This document shows, in pieces, positions 1 to 12,300 of a DNA stretch of 64,000 bases. Below the pieces are notes generated by a model that worked only from the letters and a program-made list of their open reading frames with translations, was not told the origin of the DNA and searched no databases. The stretch covers positions 11,718,001 through 11,782,000 of the forward strand of contig JBHGNT010000008.1 of the NCBI GenBank assembly GCA_043228905.1, read 5' to 3'. The translations under genes were made by a program, and so were the position numbers. The first letter of the stretch is position 1. Each line of letters starts with the position of its first letter. The DNA is from Azolla caroliniana (lineage: Eukaryota > Plantae > Polypodiophyta).

Positions 1-464
1 ACGACCGACCGATCATAGTAACGGTTGATACAAGTCCACCGGGATCGGATGGGTCATCAATCAAGCTGACTCGGATGGTTTGCTATATCCGATCCGATTC
101 AGACAAAGGTTCTCAACGAAAGGCAACGCGGATATGCACAAGTAAACAAAGAACTATGGGGAGTCGTGTCGGCAATCAAATCGGATCGAGATGATTTCAT
201 CGGAGCCGAAGTAGTGATCGAAATGGATGGTCTTCTGATACTCGGGATGATGCGGTGTTGCACGATACCGGATATGGCTATGCTAAGATGGATTGCATAT
301 GTTAAGTCGCTTAAACTAGACGTGCGACACATCTCCGGAAAAGACAACGCGGTAGAGGATATGCTATCAAGGGCTTGGTTCGGAGACAACATAGCCGAAT
401 CCGATAATGAAGAAGTTTCTAAAGACTACTTTGCTTCAGAGCACATATGCCGCCAAGTAAACGT

Positions 465-1230
465 TGTTGTGCCTTTCGGCGCCGGATCGTTGCGTGAGTC
501 GGGTGGGAACCACTGAGGTTTTGGACTAGGAGAAAGAAGAATATGAGATGAGGCTAGTAATGAATAGATTATTAGAAAGAGAGATAGAAATTTCGTGAAT
601 CCCACGAGTGTATTGTATTCGATTAATCAATATTTAGATAAGAATATGTATTTAGATTGAAAGAAAGATATAAGAAACTTGTGAATCCCACAAGTATAGA
701 TTATATTATTTTCGTGAATCCCACGATTATATTAATTGGTTGGTGTTTTCGGAAATATATCCAATTTCCAAATATTTCACACACCTATTACATTGTGCTC
801 CCCATCCTTATGTAGTGATTAGGGAGTCCATGCTTCTTCTTTTTCTAACTATAGACTCCATGGTTTTCCTATAGATAGACTATATGCTTGATCTAAAGTG
901 ATCATGCTTTTTCTAACTTGTGCGTTTTTTATCAACTATAGCGTTCATGCACGATAGATGTGCATGCGTAGCTTTTTCTTTTAGCATGTGTTTTCTTTTA
1001 ACTAAAGTTTATCCTAGGTGAACTAAGCTTTCTATGTGGAACATCTATTTTTAAACACTAATGAAATGCTAGTGTAATGGTAAGACATTACATTATTAAC
1101 ATGGAGGTGCAAGGTTCGAATCTTGCCCTATGCATGTTATATATATTTTAATATTTTCTACTATTTATTCATATTTATTAAATCGGTACTTTATAAGTTT
1201 TTCACGTAGTGTACGAAATACAGTACGACA
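465..1230 (-). mobile_element. Solo LTR of the G1/G3 family inserted into G1 pol
   Basis: Ends TGTTGTGCC...TACGACA. First ~70 nt match the LTRs at 24369 and 30747. Flanks ACGT (461-464) and ATGT (1231-1234) form a 4-bp TSD with a CpG transition. The pol frame resumes on both sides. Confidence 0.85.
1063..1149 (+). promoter_or_regulatory. tRNA-like Pol III A/B-box module in solo LTR
   Basis: A box TAGTGTAATGG 1070-1080, B box GGTTCGAATCT 1113-1123, GCAAG/CTTGC stem around the T-loop, T-run at 1146-1149. Confidence 0.7.
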
Positions 1231-2984
1231 ATGTAATCCGAGAATTCCGAGAAGAAGAATACGAGGGAGAAATCTTGATGATCGGGAAGGTGCTACAAGA
1301 GATTGAGGAATCATTGGGCGATAAAGAGAAGAGAGCTGAGATCCGAAGGAAGAAGAGGCAAGTCCAAAAGTTCTTCTTGAAAAATGGATTAATATGAAGG
1401 GAGCCGAAAAGACTAGACGGCATACCACTTCGGGTAGTCGGGACGAAAGAGCAACGAAACCGGATAATGTCCGAGTTTCACGAATCCAATTGGGCTGGAC
1501 ATCGAGGAACATGGGCAACTTTTGTGAAAATCAAACAAAAATATTGGTGGAAGAATATGTACAAAGATATAGCGGAGTTCACGGAAAGCTGCGAGAAGTG
1601 TCAAATCTATTCTGAACTTCGACACTGAGATGAGTTACATCCGACATTCTCACCGACAATCAACTTCAAATGGATGGTCGACATTGTAGCCATGCCAACC
1701 GGGATCAGACAAAAGAAGTACTTGGTGTTAGCTCGGGAAGATCTCACAAACCAAGTAGAAGGTCGGGCGCTACGAAGGAAAACGTGTTCTGCGGTATGCC
1801 AATTTCTTTTGGAGGAGGTGTTTTGCAGGTACAGGTGCGTAGGACAAGTGATTGCGGATCGGGGAGAACTGAACTCTGTTAAAGCTAGGGAATTCTTCAC
1901 CAAACATGGAGTTTGGTTATCACTAACAACAGTACATAATCTGGAAGCCAACGGGAAGATTGAATGAGGACATAGTCCAATCATCAAAGCACTTGCAAAA
2001 GCATGCGACGGAAGGGTGAAGGATTGGTCGCAGATGCTCCAGTATGCACTATGGGCCGATCATACGACGCATAGTTCTATGACTGGTTTTATGCCAGCCG
2101 AACTCATGACCGGACAAGCACTGGTAATGCCGATGGAAGCCACAATTGCGACATGGATAGTGCTGTCGTGGAAGGAAGGGATGAGCCGGGAAGAATTACT
2201 AGCGGTCCGGATACGACAACTAGAAGGAAGACCTGAAGACATAGCTGAAGCAACACGCCGACAATAGGAAGCGTGATTCCAAAACAAACGCCGATTAGTT
2301 GGAAAGCATCGACTATGGCCATGAAAGATTGAAGAAGGAGATTGGGTGATTGTCTATGATAGTAGTTTGGATCATCAACATACAACAATACGGAAGTTTG
2401 CTAAGAGGTGGTTCGGGCCATATGAGGTTCGGAAAGTTTTCGGCAACGTAACTTACCGACTATTCGAGTTGGATGGAACAATACTACAGGTGCCTATCGC
2501 GGGGAAACAGGTGAAGATTTTTAAGAAGCGGATTGACGGTGAACCTTATGTAAGCTTAGACAAAACCGACAACAGGGAGCAATCGGACACAGCTCGTGGT
2601 CATGCAGAAAGAGAAGAAAGTGGTCTACAATTGATAGTTGATATAAGGGAGGAATTGGGAAGTGCTATGGATGAAGACGAACAACAGGCATCGGGAACTT
2701 CGGCACATACCGGAGGATGTGCGGGTTTGGAGAGGGCTACTGTCGTAGTGTAATTCGCACACTACGTGAAAATTGCATTTTGGTTCCTACGGATGGGACA
2801 AGGAGGAAACGGTAAAGAGAACCGATGAGAGCTGGCTGATGGAGGTCCCGGTAAGGAGAACCGGTAAGGAGACCCGATAAGAACCGGATCAAGCAGAACC
2901 GGCAAGAGCCGGATAAAGAAGGCCGGTGAGAGTCTCTCAACGGATGAAGTGACAAAGTTGTAAATAGAAGAAAAGATTGTTACA

Positions 2985-3056
2985 TGCATAGAGTAGGATT
3001 TGAACCTTGTATCTCCATGTAGACAAACCCTAACCTTACCATTGTACTAACTTATC
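2985..3056 (-). promoter_or_regulatory. tRNA-like Pol III A/B-box module in G1 3' LTR, antisense to the element
   Basis: Minus strand: A box TAGTACAATGG 3049-3039, B box GGTTCAAATCC 3006-2996; 43-nt spacing. Confidence 0.7.
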
Positions 3057-3607
3057 CTAAATGATAAGTATAGATTTAATACGTATAAGACCTTTATTTA
3101 CGCCTACCTTTATTGAAAGGCAAGTCATACATTTTTAGAATGCGTGAATACTTTATTTATAAGAAAAATGTACACCAATAAAAAATTACTCGTGCACATC
3201 TAGCAAGCATGAGCACTATATTTAGGAAATAAAAGCATAGTGTAAAAGGCAACTCATACACATTTTTAGGGCGCATGAACACTTTAGAAAAAGCATGAAG
3301 CTATGCTTAGCCTCTGCCATCCTTATATAAGGAGGAGAGAAAGATGTATAGGGTTGCTGATTATTTTACAAGGATTGATCAATCTAATATATTCGTGGGA
3401 TTCATGAGTTTATCATAAAAATTCTCTTTCTTACAATCTAAATATTGATTAAATACACTAAACACGTGGGATTCACAAGTTTTATTTCTTACTTCTCTTT
3501 CTACCTATTCATAAGTAGACTTATATTATATTCTTCTTTCTCCTAGTCCAAAACCTCATTGGTTCCCACCCGACTCACACAACGATCCGGAGCCGAAAGG
3601 CACGACA

Positions 3608-6600
3608 ACGGGGTTCTTGGCAAGTTGTATGCTGCTCATGTTGTTACAGTGGATCAGGATCGGGGTCGGGACCTCGATCCAGAGATCTCGCAGTAGTCGC
3701 CAAAGCCAAATGGTTTCACAGGTGGAAATGGTAGCGCCATGGTATTCAGCCTCAGTGCTCGATAGAGCTACCATTGGCTGCTTTTTTCTTCTCCACGCAA
3801 CAGCTGCACTACCTAGAGAAAACATGTAACCGGAGGTGGACCAGCGATCCGATGCAGCACTAGCCTAGTCGGCATCAGTGTATCCGACTAGCTCTTCAGT
3901 TATACCATGTCGGTATAACAGTCCCCAGTCCTTCGTGCCACTCACATACCAGAGTATCTGGTGTGCGCACTGAAGGTGCTCGACAGTTGGCTTCTACATG
4001 AATTGGCTGATCACTCCGACTGGGTAACTAATGTCGAGTTGAGTCATTCTCAGGTATATGAGGCTTCCGACAATTTGTCGGAACCATTTCTCATTGCAGG
4101 CCGGTTTGGAGTTGGGACGGAGCTTCTGATTCCAATCCAGGGGTGTGGAGACAGGTCCACATTCTGTCATGCCGAACTTCTACAGTATATTCAACACGTA
4201 GTGTCGTTGTGAGAGCAATATGCCATCAGAGGTTCGGATCACCTCGATCCCAACAAAATAATGAAGGTCTGACAGTTGGGCCTTGACATGACTGATTTTA
4301 TGGAGTCTGGGTCCGGTGATGACTAAATCATTTACATAAAGTAAGATGCAAACCAGACCGTTTGAACCTTGCCGGATGAACAACGATGAGTCAGATTTAG
4401 AGGTCACAAACCCCGCGTGATCTTCGCATTCCAAGCTTGGGGGGGGTTGTTTCAGACTATAAAGCAACTTCTTAAGCCGGCACACCGCTGACTTGTTCAT
4501 CTCTGACTAAAAATCGGGGGGTTGGATCAGATAGACCCATTCTTCAAGGTCACCTTGAAGAAACTCATCTGGGGAGGATGCCACCCCCTTGCCGCAACAA
4601 TCACCAGTACCACACGAACCGTCGTCATCTTCGCTACCGGAGCGAAGGTGTCATCGTAGTTGATTCCATTGGTCTGTGCGTATCCCTTTGCCACTAATCC
4701 GGCCTTATACCGATTAACCAAACCGTCAGCATTGTACTTTACCTTATACACCCATTTGCAACCAATCGGTTTACAGTGTCAGGGAGGATCAACGAGGTCC
4801 CATATGTCGTTGGCATCGAGTGCCCGCATCTCTTCTTCCATAGCGTCACGCCAATTTGCGTCCTTTGCCGCTTCTGTGTAGCTCTCCGGCTCATGCACTT
4901 CCGCCACTTTGGTCATGTACACATAGTGATGCGCCATGTACTCATTGTACCCGTACCCTGTAACGGGGTTTTTCAGGTAGGAACTTGTCATCATCCGGTT
5001 TGGTGCCCTTCTTGGCCATTTCAGACTTTGTTCCCGAAGATCTGCCCTCATTCTTTCCAGAGTCGGATTTGCTCCGATTTGACTCAACGTTGCCCGTTTC
5101 GTATTCCGACATTTCCCGCTTCCCTTTCTCTGTGCGGGTGAACCGTCTCCTCGGTTCCTTGCGGGGGAGAGCACGACAGAGTCTCCACTACTCACTGGTT
5201 CCTCATTAACTGAAACGATTCCGTACTCTCTTCTAGAGTCTCCAGCTCGTCATGTTCTATTTGGACCGGTTCAGGCTCACTGGCTTCATCCTTCGGGATT
5301 GGGTTGGAGTCAGAAGTCGGAGTCGGGAGAGATAACCACGATGTCATCTCATCGAACTCAACATCTCGGCTTACTTAGACCTGCTTCGTCCGGGGGTTAT
5401 AGCACTTATACCCCTTCTTCTCATGCAAGTAACCGAGTAGGATTCATTTCTCTGACTTCGGATCTACCTTCCTCTGCTTCTAATCCAGTACATGCACATA
5501 TGCTATGCTACCGAATATCCAAAGTTGTCTCAAATTCAGCTTGCGCCCGAAATACAGCTCATCTACGGACACCTTGTCACCAATCCGATTTTGGATGTAG
5601 ATGACCATTCGGACTGCCTTAGCCCAGTAGAATTGGGACATGCTTTTCTCCTCCAACATTTCCCTTGCCACGTCGACAATCAACTGGTTCTTCCTTTCGG
5701 CCACACCGTTTTGTTCCAGTGTGTATCGGCAGTTGAATTCTCTCCGAATTCTGTTCTGCTGCAGATGACTGTTGAATTGGTCGGAAAAGTATTCTTTTCC
5801 GCCATCCGACCGCAGGCACTTGATCTTCCTCTCCGTTTCCCTTTTGACTAAACTTTGAAGGTTCCGGAAACAGTCGAAGACTTCGCTTTTCTTCTCGATG
5901 AGGTATATCCATGTGTGCCGGCTATAGTCGTTGATGAAGGAGACGAAATACTGACTCCCGCCAAGACTAACATTTTGTGCCGGTCCCCATACATCTGAAT
6001 GGACTAGATCGAGCTTGTTACGGTTCCGGTTTCGTTCGGTGGGGAATGGAAGCCGGTGTTGCTTCCTAAGTTGGCAGGCTTCACATATTTGGGCATTTTG
6101 GCCACTGAATTTCGGCAATCCGAACACAACCTGCTTTGATTGTAGTTCCTGAAGCCTCTGGTAATTGACATGGTCGATCCGCTTATGCCTGAGATCGATA
6201 TCTGATTCAATCTTTTGTCCTTTGGCAAACATGGCAGTGCCGACGTCATTAGTGTTGAGGATGAACATCCTCCCTTTTCTACACCCTTGCACGATTATCC
6301 GGCCTTCTTCTTCGATGAAGCACCCGAGGTGTGTAAACCGCACATGCATCCCCTAGTCGACGATTTGTCCAACCGACACCAAGTTCTTTGTGATAGTCGG
6401 AACGTGTAGTACGTTCATTAGCTTCCCCTTTTGTCCGACATGGCTTAAAGGGAGTTCTCCGACATGCACAATCGGGTGAGGGGTGTCGTCTCCGTTTTCG
6501 ACAATCCCCGGTTGTTCCGGCTTCTCCAAAAAGAGAACCACTCTTCATGGCTCGTCATGTGGTTGGGAGCTCCTGAATCAATGTACCATACGTCCTCCGA

Positions 6601-7581
6601 TTTGGAAGTAGCCTTCTCCATCAAGTTAGCCTTGTGCTTCACCGCGAAGGCTGCCCCTTTTCCGGTCTCTGGTTCCGGATCCTTCAGATCCTTCTGCATA
6701 ATGCAAGCTTTGCCAGATCCGGATTTGTCCAAATCGGCTTGCTTCTTCCAGCACTCGCTTTCCCTGTGACCCTTTTTGCCACAATACCAGCATTTCGTGT
6801 TGGCTTTTCCTTGTCGGCTTCTGGCACCGCTTTGACTCCCCTTGCTTGTGGAGGGTCCGGAACTGCTATCACCACTGTCTTTGTGCCTTCGGTCCTGCTC
6901 TTGCCGGCTGCCTCCATTCCGTGCCGACCCACCTCGTCCTCCACGTCCATGGGGCCGATCCGACTCCGTGTACATCATCCGGTTGTCAGATTGAGTGGTC
7001 CTCGACCCGCTCGTGTAGTTTTCTTCGTCCATCAACATTGATTGTAAGTCAAAGAAGGACAGTGGCTTCTCTTGGGTGCAGATCGATATCCGGATTGACC
7101 CGTACCTTTGCGCTACACCACCGAGGCAAATTTGTACCATCTCATCCTCGTCCACTGTCACGTTGATGGACCCGAGTGCGCCACAAATCTGCTTTATTTT
7201 GGTGTTGTAATCCGTAACTGACATGTCTCTTTGCCGGATGTTGTTTAGCTCTTGCCGGAGCTGCAACTTACGAGCTATGGTACTCACGGCAAAAATCTTC
7301 CTCTAATTTCCCCAGGCCTCCTTCGGCGTTTTTGCATCCTTTATGTAGCCGAGTATCTGGTCATGCACACAGGACGCGAAGCAGTACAATACTCGACTCG
7401 CTCCTTGCTCCCATACCAGGATGTTCTCGTGTACCGGCTCCAGTGCTACCTCGTTCGTTCCTTCCATGAAGCTCCAATATCCATGCCTCAGTAGGTACTG
7501 TTGCATTTTACATGACCAGGATGCGTAGTTGCTCCTGTCGAGCTTCTCTGTGGGAAGTGAACTCGCCGTACCTCTCTCCAT
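3608..7581 (-). pseudogene. Copia gag-pol polyprotein, fragmented
   Basis: ORFs 7303-7581, 6445-7287, 5480-6349, 4779-5195, 4527-4751, 4180-4500 and 3608-3825 fall in Copia domain order, separated by stops and frameshifts. Confidence 0.9.
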
Positions 7582-8134
7582 ATCTTTCTCTATCTGTCCT
7601 TACCGGGTATTAGGGTTTGTCTTCAAAAGCATCTGTCGGCTGAAGAGGTTCTGAACCCTCGCGCTCTGATACCCTGTGAATGTAAACGTGTGGAAGCGTT
7701 AGACAGAACCGGCTCAACCGGATAGTAACAGAGAATAAAATAAAGGTTTAATGGAGAAGCTTAATACACAGAGTATATATGCGGGAGAGACAGAGAGAGA
7801 AGAACGTAAACGTAGATTCAAAAATAACTCTAAAACTCTGTACATACAATGTGCTATAACAACGCTATTTATACAAGTCCATAAAGGACTGATAGAAGAA
7901 CTGACAGGTACTTCAATATTCCTACGTGCGACTAGCACTAACTACGAGACAATAATCACCTAGTAGTCTAGGCTACTACTAGGCTTCCGGTTCCCGCTCG
8001 AATCTGGCTCTCCGATCCGTCTCCCCGATCAGGCCGGTTGTTTTCAGATACTGATCCGGCTCATCCTTCCCAATGCCGATCCGGCTCTGGCTTATTCAGT
8101 TGATCCGGATCCGGTTGAGCTTGCTTGCTCAACA
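3608..8134 (-). mobile_element. Ty1/Copia element A: 5' LTR (7675-8134), tRNA-iMet-type PBS, degenerate gag-pol; 3' end cut by G1
   Basis: LTR TGTTGAG...TTCACA on the minus strand, PBS GGGTATCAGAGCG. Gag zinc knuckle CWYCGKKGHRESEC, protease WYIDSGA, integrase HSDVWGP/LRSDGGKEY/QNGVAER, RT RYKAGLVAKGY, RNase H ALSSTEAEY. Integrase precedes RT. Confidence 0.92.
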
Positions 8135-8621
8135 CATACCAAGAGGCACTAGAAATGGTGCCGCAGTTTATCATTCGGTTCTAGAACTTGTGGAAACAGT
8201 TAACTAGGCCACCACCGGAGGTGAACGTTGTCGTGAAGATCCGTCACTACGCGCGGATCGTGAGGCGGAACCGCCGGGGTTCTGGACCAGAAGGATTTAG
8301 AGTCGATACAAGCTTTGGCAAGAAAGTACTTAAGATAGATTGGGAAAGAAAGAAGATGAGATTACACGATTGATTTGATAACGAATTTCTTCTTCTTAAT
8401 TTTCATAAAAAAAACCGTGTTTTTCTCCTCCCCCTTCCCTCTTTTATAGATGCTCTCATGCATATGATGCATGTGAGGGTACAAGACATGCGTAAATTGC
8501 ATGTTTGCCATTTGGCGCTTAAGTATTACATGTGGTGCATGCTAACCATGTCACTCATTTTAGCACTCATGGACGAGAATTTACATGTAAAAGTACAATG
8601 ATAGAAATATAATTTCAACTA

Positions 8622-8715
8622 AATACTATGGCTTAATGGTAAGCCATTTGACTCCTAACTTGGAGGTGCAAGGTTCGAATCCATACTTGCCCTCCTTGTA
8701 TATGTATATATTTTT
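8622..8715 (+). promoter_or_regulatory. tRNA-like Pol III A/B-box module in G2 3' LTR
   Basis: A box TGGCTTAATGG 8629-8639 with paired D-stem GCTT/AAGC, CTCCTAA loop, B box GGTTCGAATCC 8672-8682, T5 at 8711-8715. Confidence 0.75.
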
Positions 8716-9363
8716 ATATATTTATTTTATCTAGTCGCCGATTCGCCGGATAACGTCGCCGGATGCCGTCGCCGGATACCGGTGCCGACGCCGGATGCCG
8801 CCGTCGGATACCGGTGCCGCCAGCGGATGCCGCCGCCGACGCCGGATATCGGTGCCGCATGCCGCCGCCGGATTGCGGTCAGATGCCGTCGGATCACCGG
8901 CTCCATCGCCGGTCCGGTTTTGGTTGGCCAAAACCCTTTTCGAGTAGCTAGCCACCTCCACTCTAAGTTCAAGCTACCTTGAACTCTCTATGCTCCACAC
9001 ATAGACACAAAGATAATATCTTTTGCTCCACCTTATATATGATGAGAGCCGTATTTGTTGTGCCTATGTGGGATATCTCACAATTGTCTCTTTTCTTTTC
9101 ACAAACTTTATACCCTCATATCTTGACATTTAGTTGTCCATTTCTCGTGTAATAAAGTGCATTCGAAACCTCCATCATTTTGTACTTAGATATTAAAAAT
9201 GTTATCTTCACAATTATTGTATTACATGATTCATACTCGATTTTGTACGTTTTATGGGATTTTCACACTATTGCCGAAAATCTTCACGACATCCACCCCC
9301 ACCAAACCGCACGTCCTCCGGTACGTGCCAAGAAGAGAAGAAGTGAGATTTCGGCTACGATGA

Positions 9364-12300
9364 TCAATTAGATTCTTCCATGTCTTCATTTTCATCCGGC
9401 CTATTATGTTCATCGTCGAGGTAATCGAGGTCAGGATCCTTGTCTTGTCTTTTCTTGAAAAGCTTTACTCTTTTTCCTGCAATGGGTACGGCCAACCTTG
9501 ATCCGTCTAGTTCCGCAAGGTGGTATGTGGCATTATCGTTGGCACTTGTCACCACATACGGCCCGAACCATATTCTTGCGAACTTCCTTGTTGTACTATG
9601 TTGATTGTCAAGGGTGCTGTCGTAAACCAAAACCCAATCCCCTTCTTCAATCTTCTTGGGACGAAGTCAATGCGTGTTGTCGAACCGAACTTTGTTCTTT
9701 ACTCAGGCTGCCTTCATCATCTTTCGCGCTTTTTCTAAATCTTCAGGTCTTCTTTCAAGTTGGCTTATCCGCGCCGCTAATAACTCTTCTCGGCTCATCT
9801 CGTTCCCCCACGGTATCGCAACCCATGAGGCGATCGTCCTTTCGATGGGCATAATAGGCTTTTGTCCATACATAAGCTCCGTCGGCATATACCCTGTCAC
9901 CGAGCTATGTGTCGTTCTATTGGCCCACAAGGCATAGGGTAATAGTCGTGGCCAATTCCCGACTCGACCGTTGCATGCCCGTACGATGGCTTTAATGATA
10001 GGTCCATGCCCTCGCTCGATCTTCCCATTTGCTTCCGGATTGTAGGCAGTCGTGAGGGAGAGCTTCACGCCTAGCCTTTCGAAGAGCTCCATCGCTTCGT
10101 GCGCGTCCAACTCCCCTCGGTCGGCCACTATCTTCCCTACACATCCATATCGGCAAACAACATCTTCAAGTAAAAATTTACAAACGGCTGAAGTCGTCTT
10201 ATTTGTCAAGGCTCGTCCTTCCACTTGATTTGTCAAGTCTTCCCTTGCCAGCGCTAAGTACTTCATTTGTCCCACTCCCATTGGCATCGAGACCAGATCC
10301 ACCATCCATTTGAAGTGAATGGTGAGTGGGTATGTCGGCTTTAACTCATCCCGATGACGTATATTTGAATATATTTGGCAAGTTTCACATGTGGAAACGA
10401 AATGGAGTACATCTTTGTACATGCTTGGCCACCAGTACTTCTCCTTCAATTTTTCGAACGTCGCCCATGTTCCTCTATGACCTGCCCAAGCACTCTCGTG
10501 GAATTCGGTCATTAGCGTCTCTTGCTCTTCTTTCTTTACCACCACTCGACGTGGTATTCCTGTCCTTTTTCTTTGGATGTCGCCAAAGGAATCCTCCCTT
10601 CAAGAAGTATCGGTAAGCTTTCTTTCGGATTCGTAGGGCCTCCTCCTTTGTCAACGAAGCATCTGCCGTCAATGTTCTTAGGAATCTACCAATGAGTAAC
10701 CACTCTCCTTCGTACTCGTTCTCGTTGAAGGCGTGGAGGGTTTGCATGTCCTGGTATTCCGCCGACAATCAAGCCATCTTGAAGAAGTCGAGGGCGACAT
10801 CTTCATCTTCCGAAACCATGTTACTTCCATTTGAAAATCTTGCCCTCGACAGCATGTCAACCATGGCGTTCTTCTTCCCTGCGATGTGACGGATCTCTGG
10901 GTTTAAAGACTTGATGTAGGCGATCCACCTTAGCATAGCAAGATCTGGGGTCGCACATCCCGAGACCATTCCGAGAATTGGGAGACAATCTGTCTCTATT
11001 ATCACTTCTGACCCGATCAGGTAATCTTTGTCCGTCTTCACTGCCGACACAATACGCCAAAGTTCCCGCTTGACTTGGGCATATCTTTGTTGCCGTTCGC
11101 TGAGAACCTTTGCTCCGAACCGGACGGCATATCGCACATTATCTTCACCTTCTTGATTGATGACCCACCCGATTCCGGTTGGGCTCATATCTACGGTCAC
11201 ATAAATTGGTTTCCCTTCGGCATAGTCGGCCTTCCTTAGTGCTGGAGCTTCAAGAAGCAGTTTCTTTAATCTTCGCATCGCCTCTGTGTGCTCGACTCGC
11301 CATTCGAACTTTATTCTTTTCTTTAGTAGTCCATATAACGATTCGGCGACATGAGCGTAGTGAGGAATCCATATATGATAAAACGCGCACGCTCCAAGGA
11401 ACCTTCGAACCTCCGTTTGGTTTTCGCATTCTTCTTTCATGTCTTGGATTGCGTTCACTTTGGATGGTGAGGGCTTCCGGCCGTATGCTCCACACAAGTG
11501 ACCTACCACCAAGATCTCCGGTTGCCCGAATGCGGATTTTTCTCCCGAAAATGTCAAATTCGCATCTTCGAGCCTTTGAAGCACCTTCTCACAATCTTTC
11601 ATATGATCCGCAACGAACTTTCTACAACCTTCCTTATCTTTCGATTCATCTTTCTCCTCATCCGAACATCCTTTTATCGGAATATTATCCAAGAATGGCA
11701 TCGTGATGTCCGGAATGCAATCCTTCAAGACTTTATTCATGGCATTCACCATATGAGCCACCGAGTTCGTTGTGCCTTGGGGTAAGGTACACATCCGCAC
11801 AAGCCCGATCGGAGTCCTCATGGTTGTAATGTCCCGACTGTCGATCGCCAATTGGAATTGGTCATATCCGGAGTAGAGATCGCCAATGGAGTAGATGGAC
11901 CGGCCCGCAAACGCTTCGGCAAATTCGTCCACGCTCGGACCGATTCCGGCATTTCGAATTGTCACCTTGTTGACGGGTTGAAGATCTTGGATGAATCGCA
12001 ATGATCCATTCTTCTTCGGCACCGTGAACCACCTATTGGAATAAGGAGCATTCGACGGTTCTAGAATTCCCATACTCACCTTCTCCTTTAAGAGCTCAAT
12101 CAGCTTCGGAAGGTGTGCTCTCGGAACCGGTATCGGTTTCAAGTTCCAAGGCACATGAGGCACCGTGAAGATCACCATTGGCTCTATAACCTTTGGGTCG
12201 GCGCATCCGATTTCTCGTGGGAAGAATGTGAAAGCCTTCCCATGTCTCTCAAGCATATCGCGAAACATTCGCTCCTCTTCAGGGAGAAGGAAATCCTCCT

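Larger units (their letters stand above)
1..2700 (+). pseudogene. Degenerate Gypsy pol (RNase H and integrase) with stops and frameshifts, interrupted by a solo LTR
   Basis: ORF pieces 166-464, 1231-1397, 1674-1967, 2016-2267 and 2346-2700 are colinear with the ORF at 25382-26872. Confidence 0.9.
1..3607 (+). mobile_element. Ty3/Gypsy element G1 (non-chromovirus, same group as G2/G3), 3' part: RNase H, integrase, PPT and 3' LTR (2741-3607); inserted into Copia A
   Basis: Fragmented ORFs parallel the G3 integrase (AREDLTNQVEGRAL, EANGKIE, WFGPYEV). LTR runs TGTCGTAG...CACGACA after a purine-rich tract and is followed by ACGG inside the Copia RNase H (KNPV). Confidence 0.9.

Noticed and set aside
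3555-3607. Hammerhead ribozyme at the LTR U5 end (GCCGAAAGGC hairpin)
   Set aside because: No correctly placed CUGAUGA core or GAAAC/GUC junction; only a GNRA hairpin is supported.
8622-8695. Functional tRNA gene (Arg-CCT-like loop)
   Set aside because: Acceptor and anticodon stems do not pair and the loop differs between LTR families; kept only as a tRNA-like promoter module.
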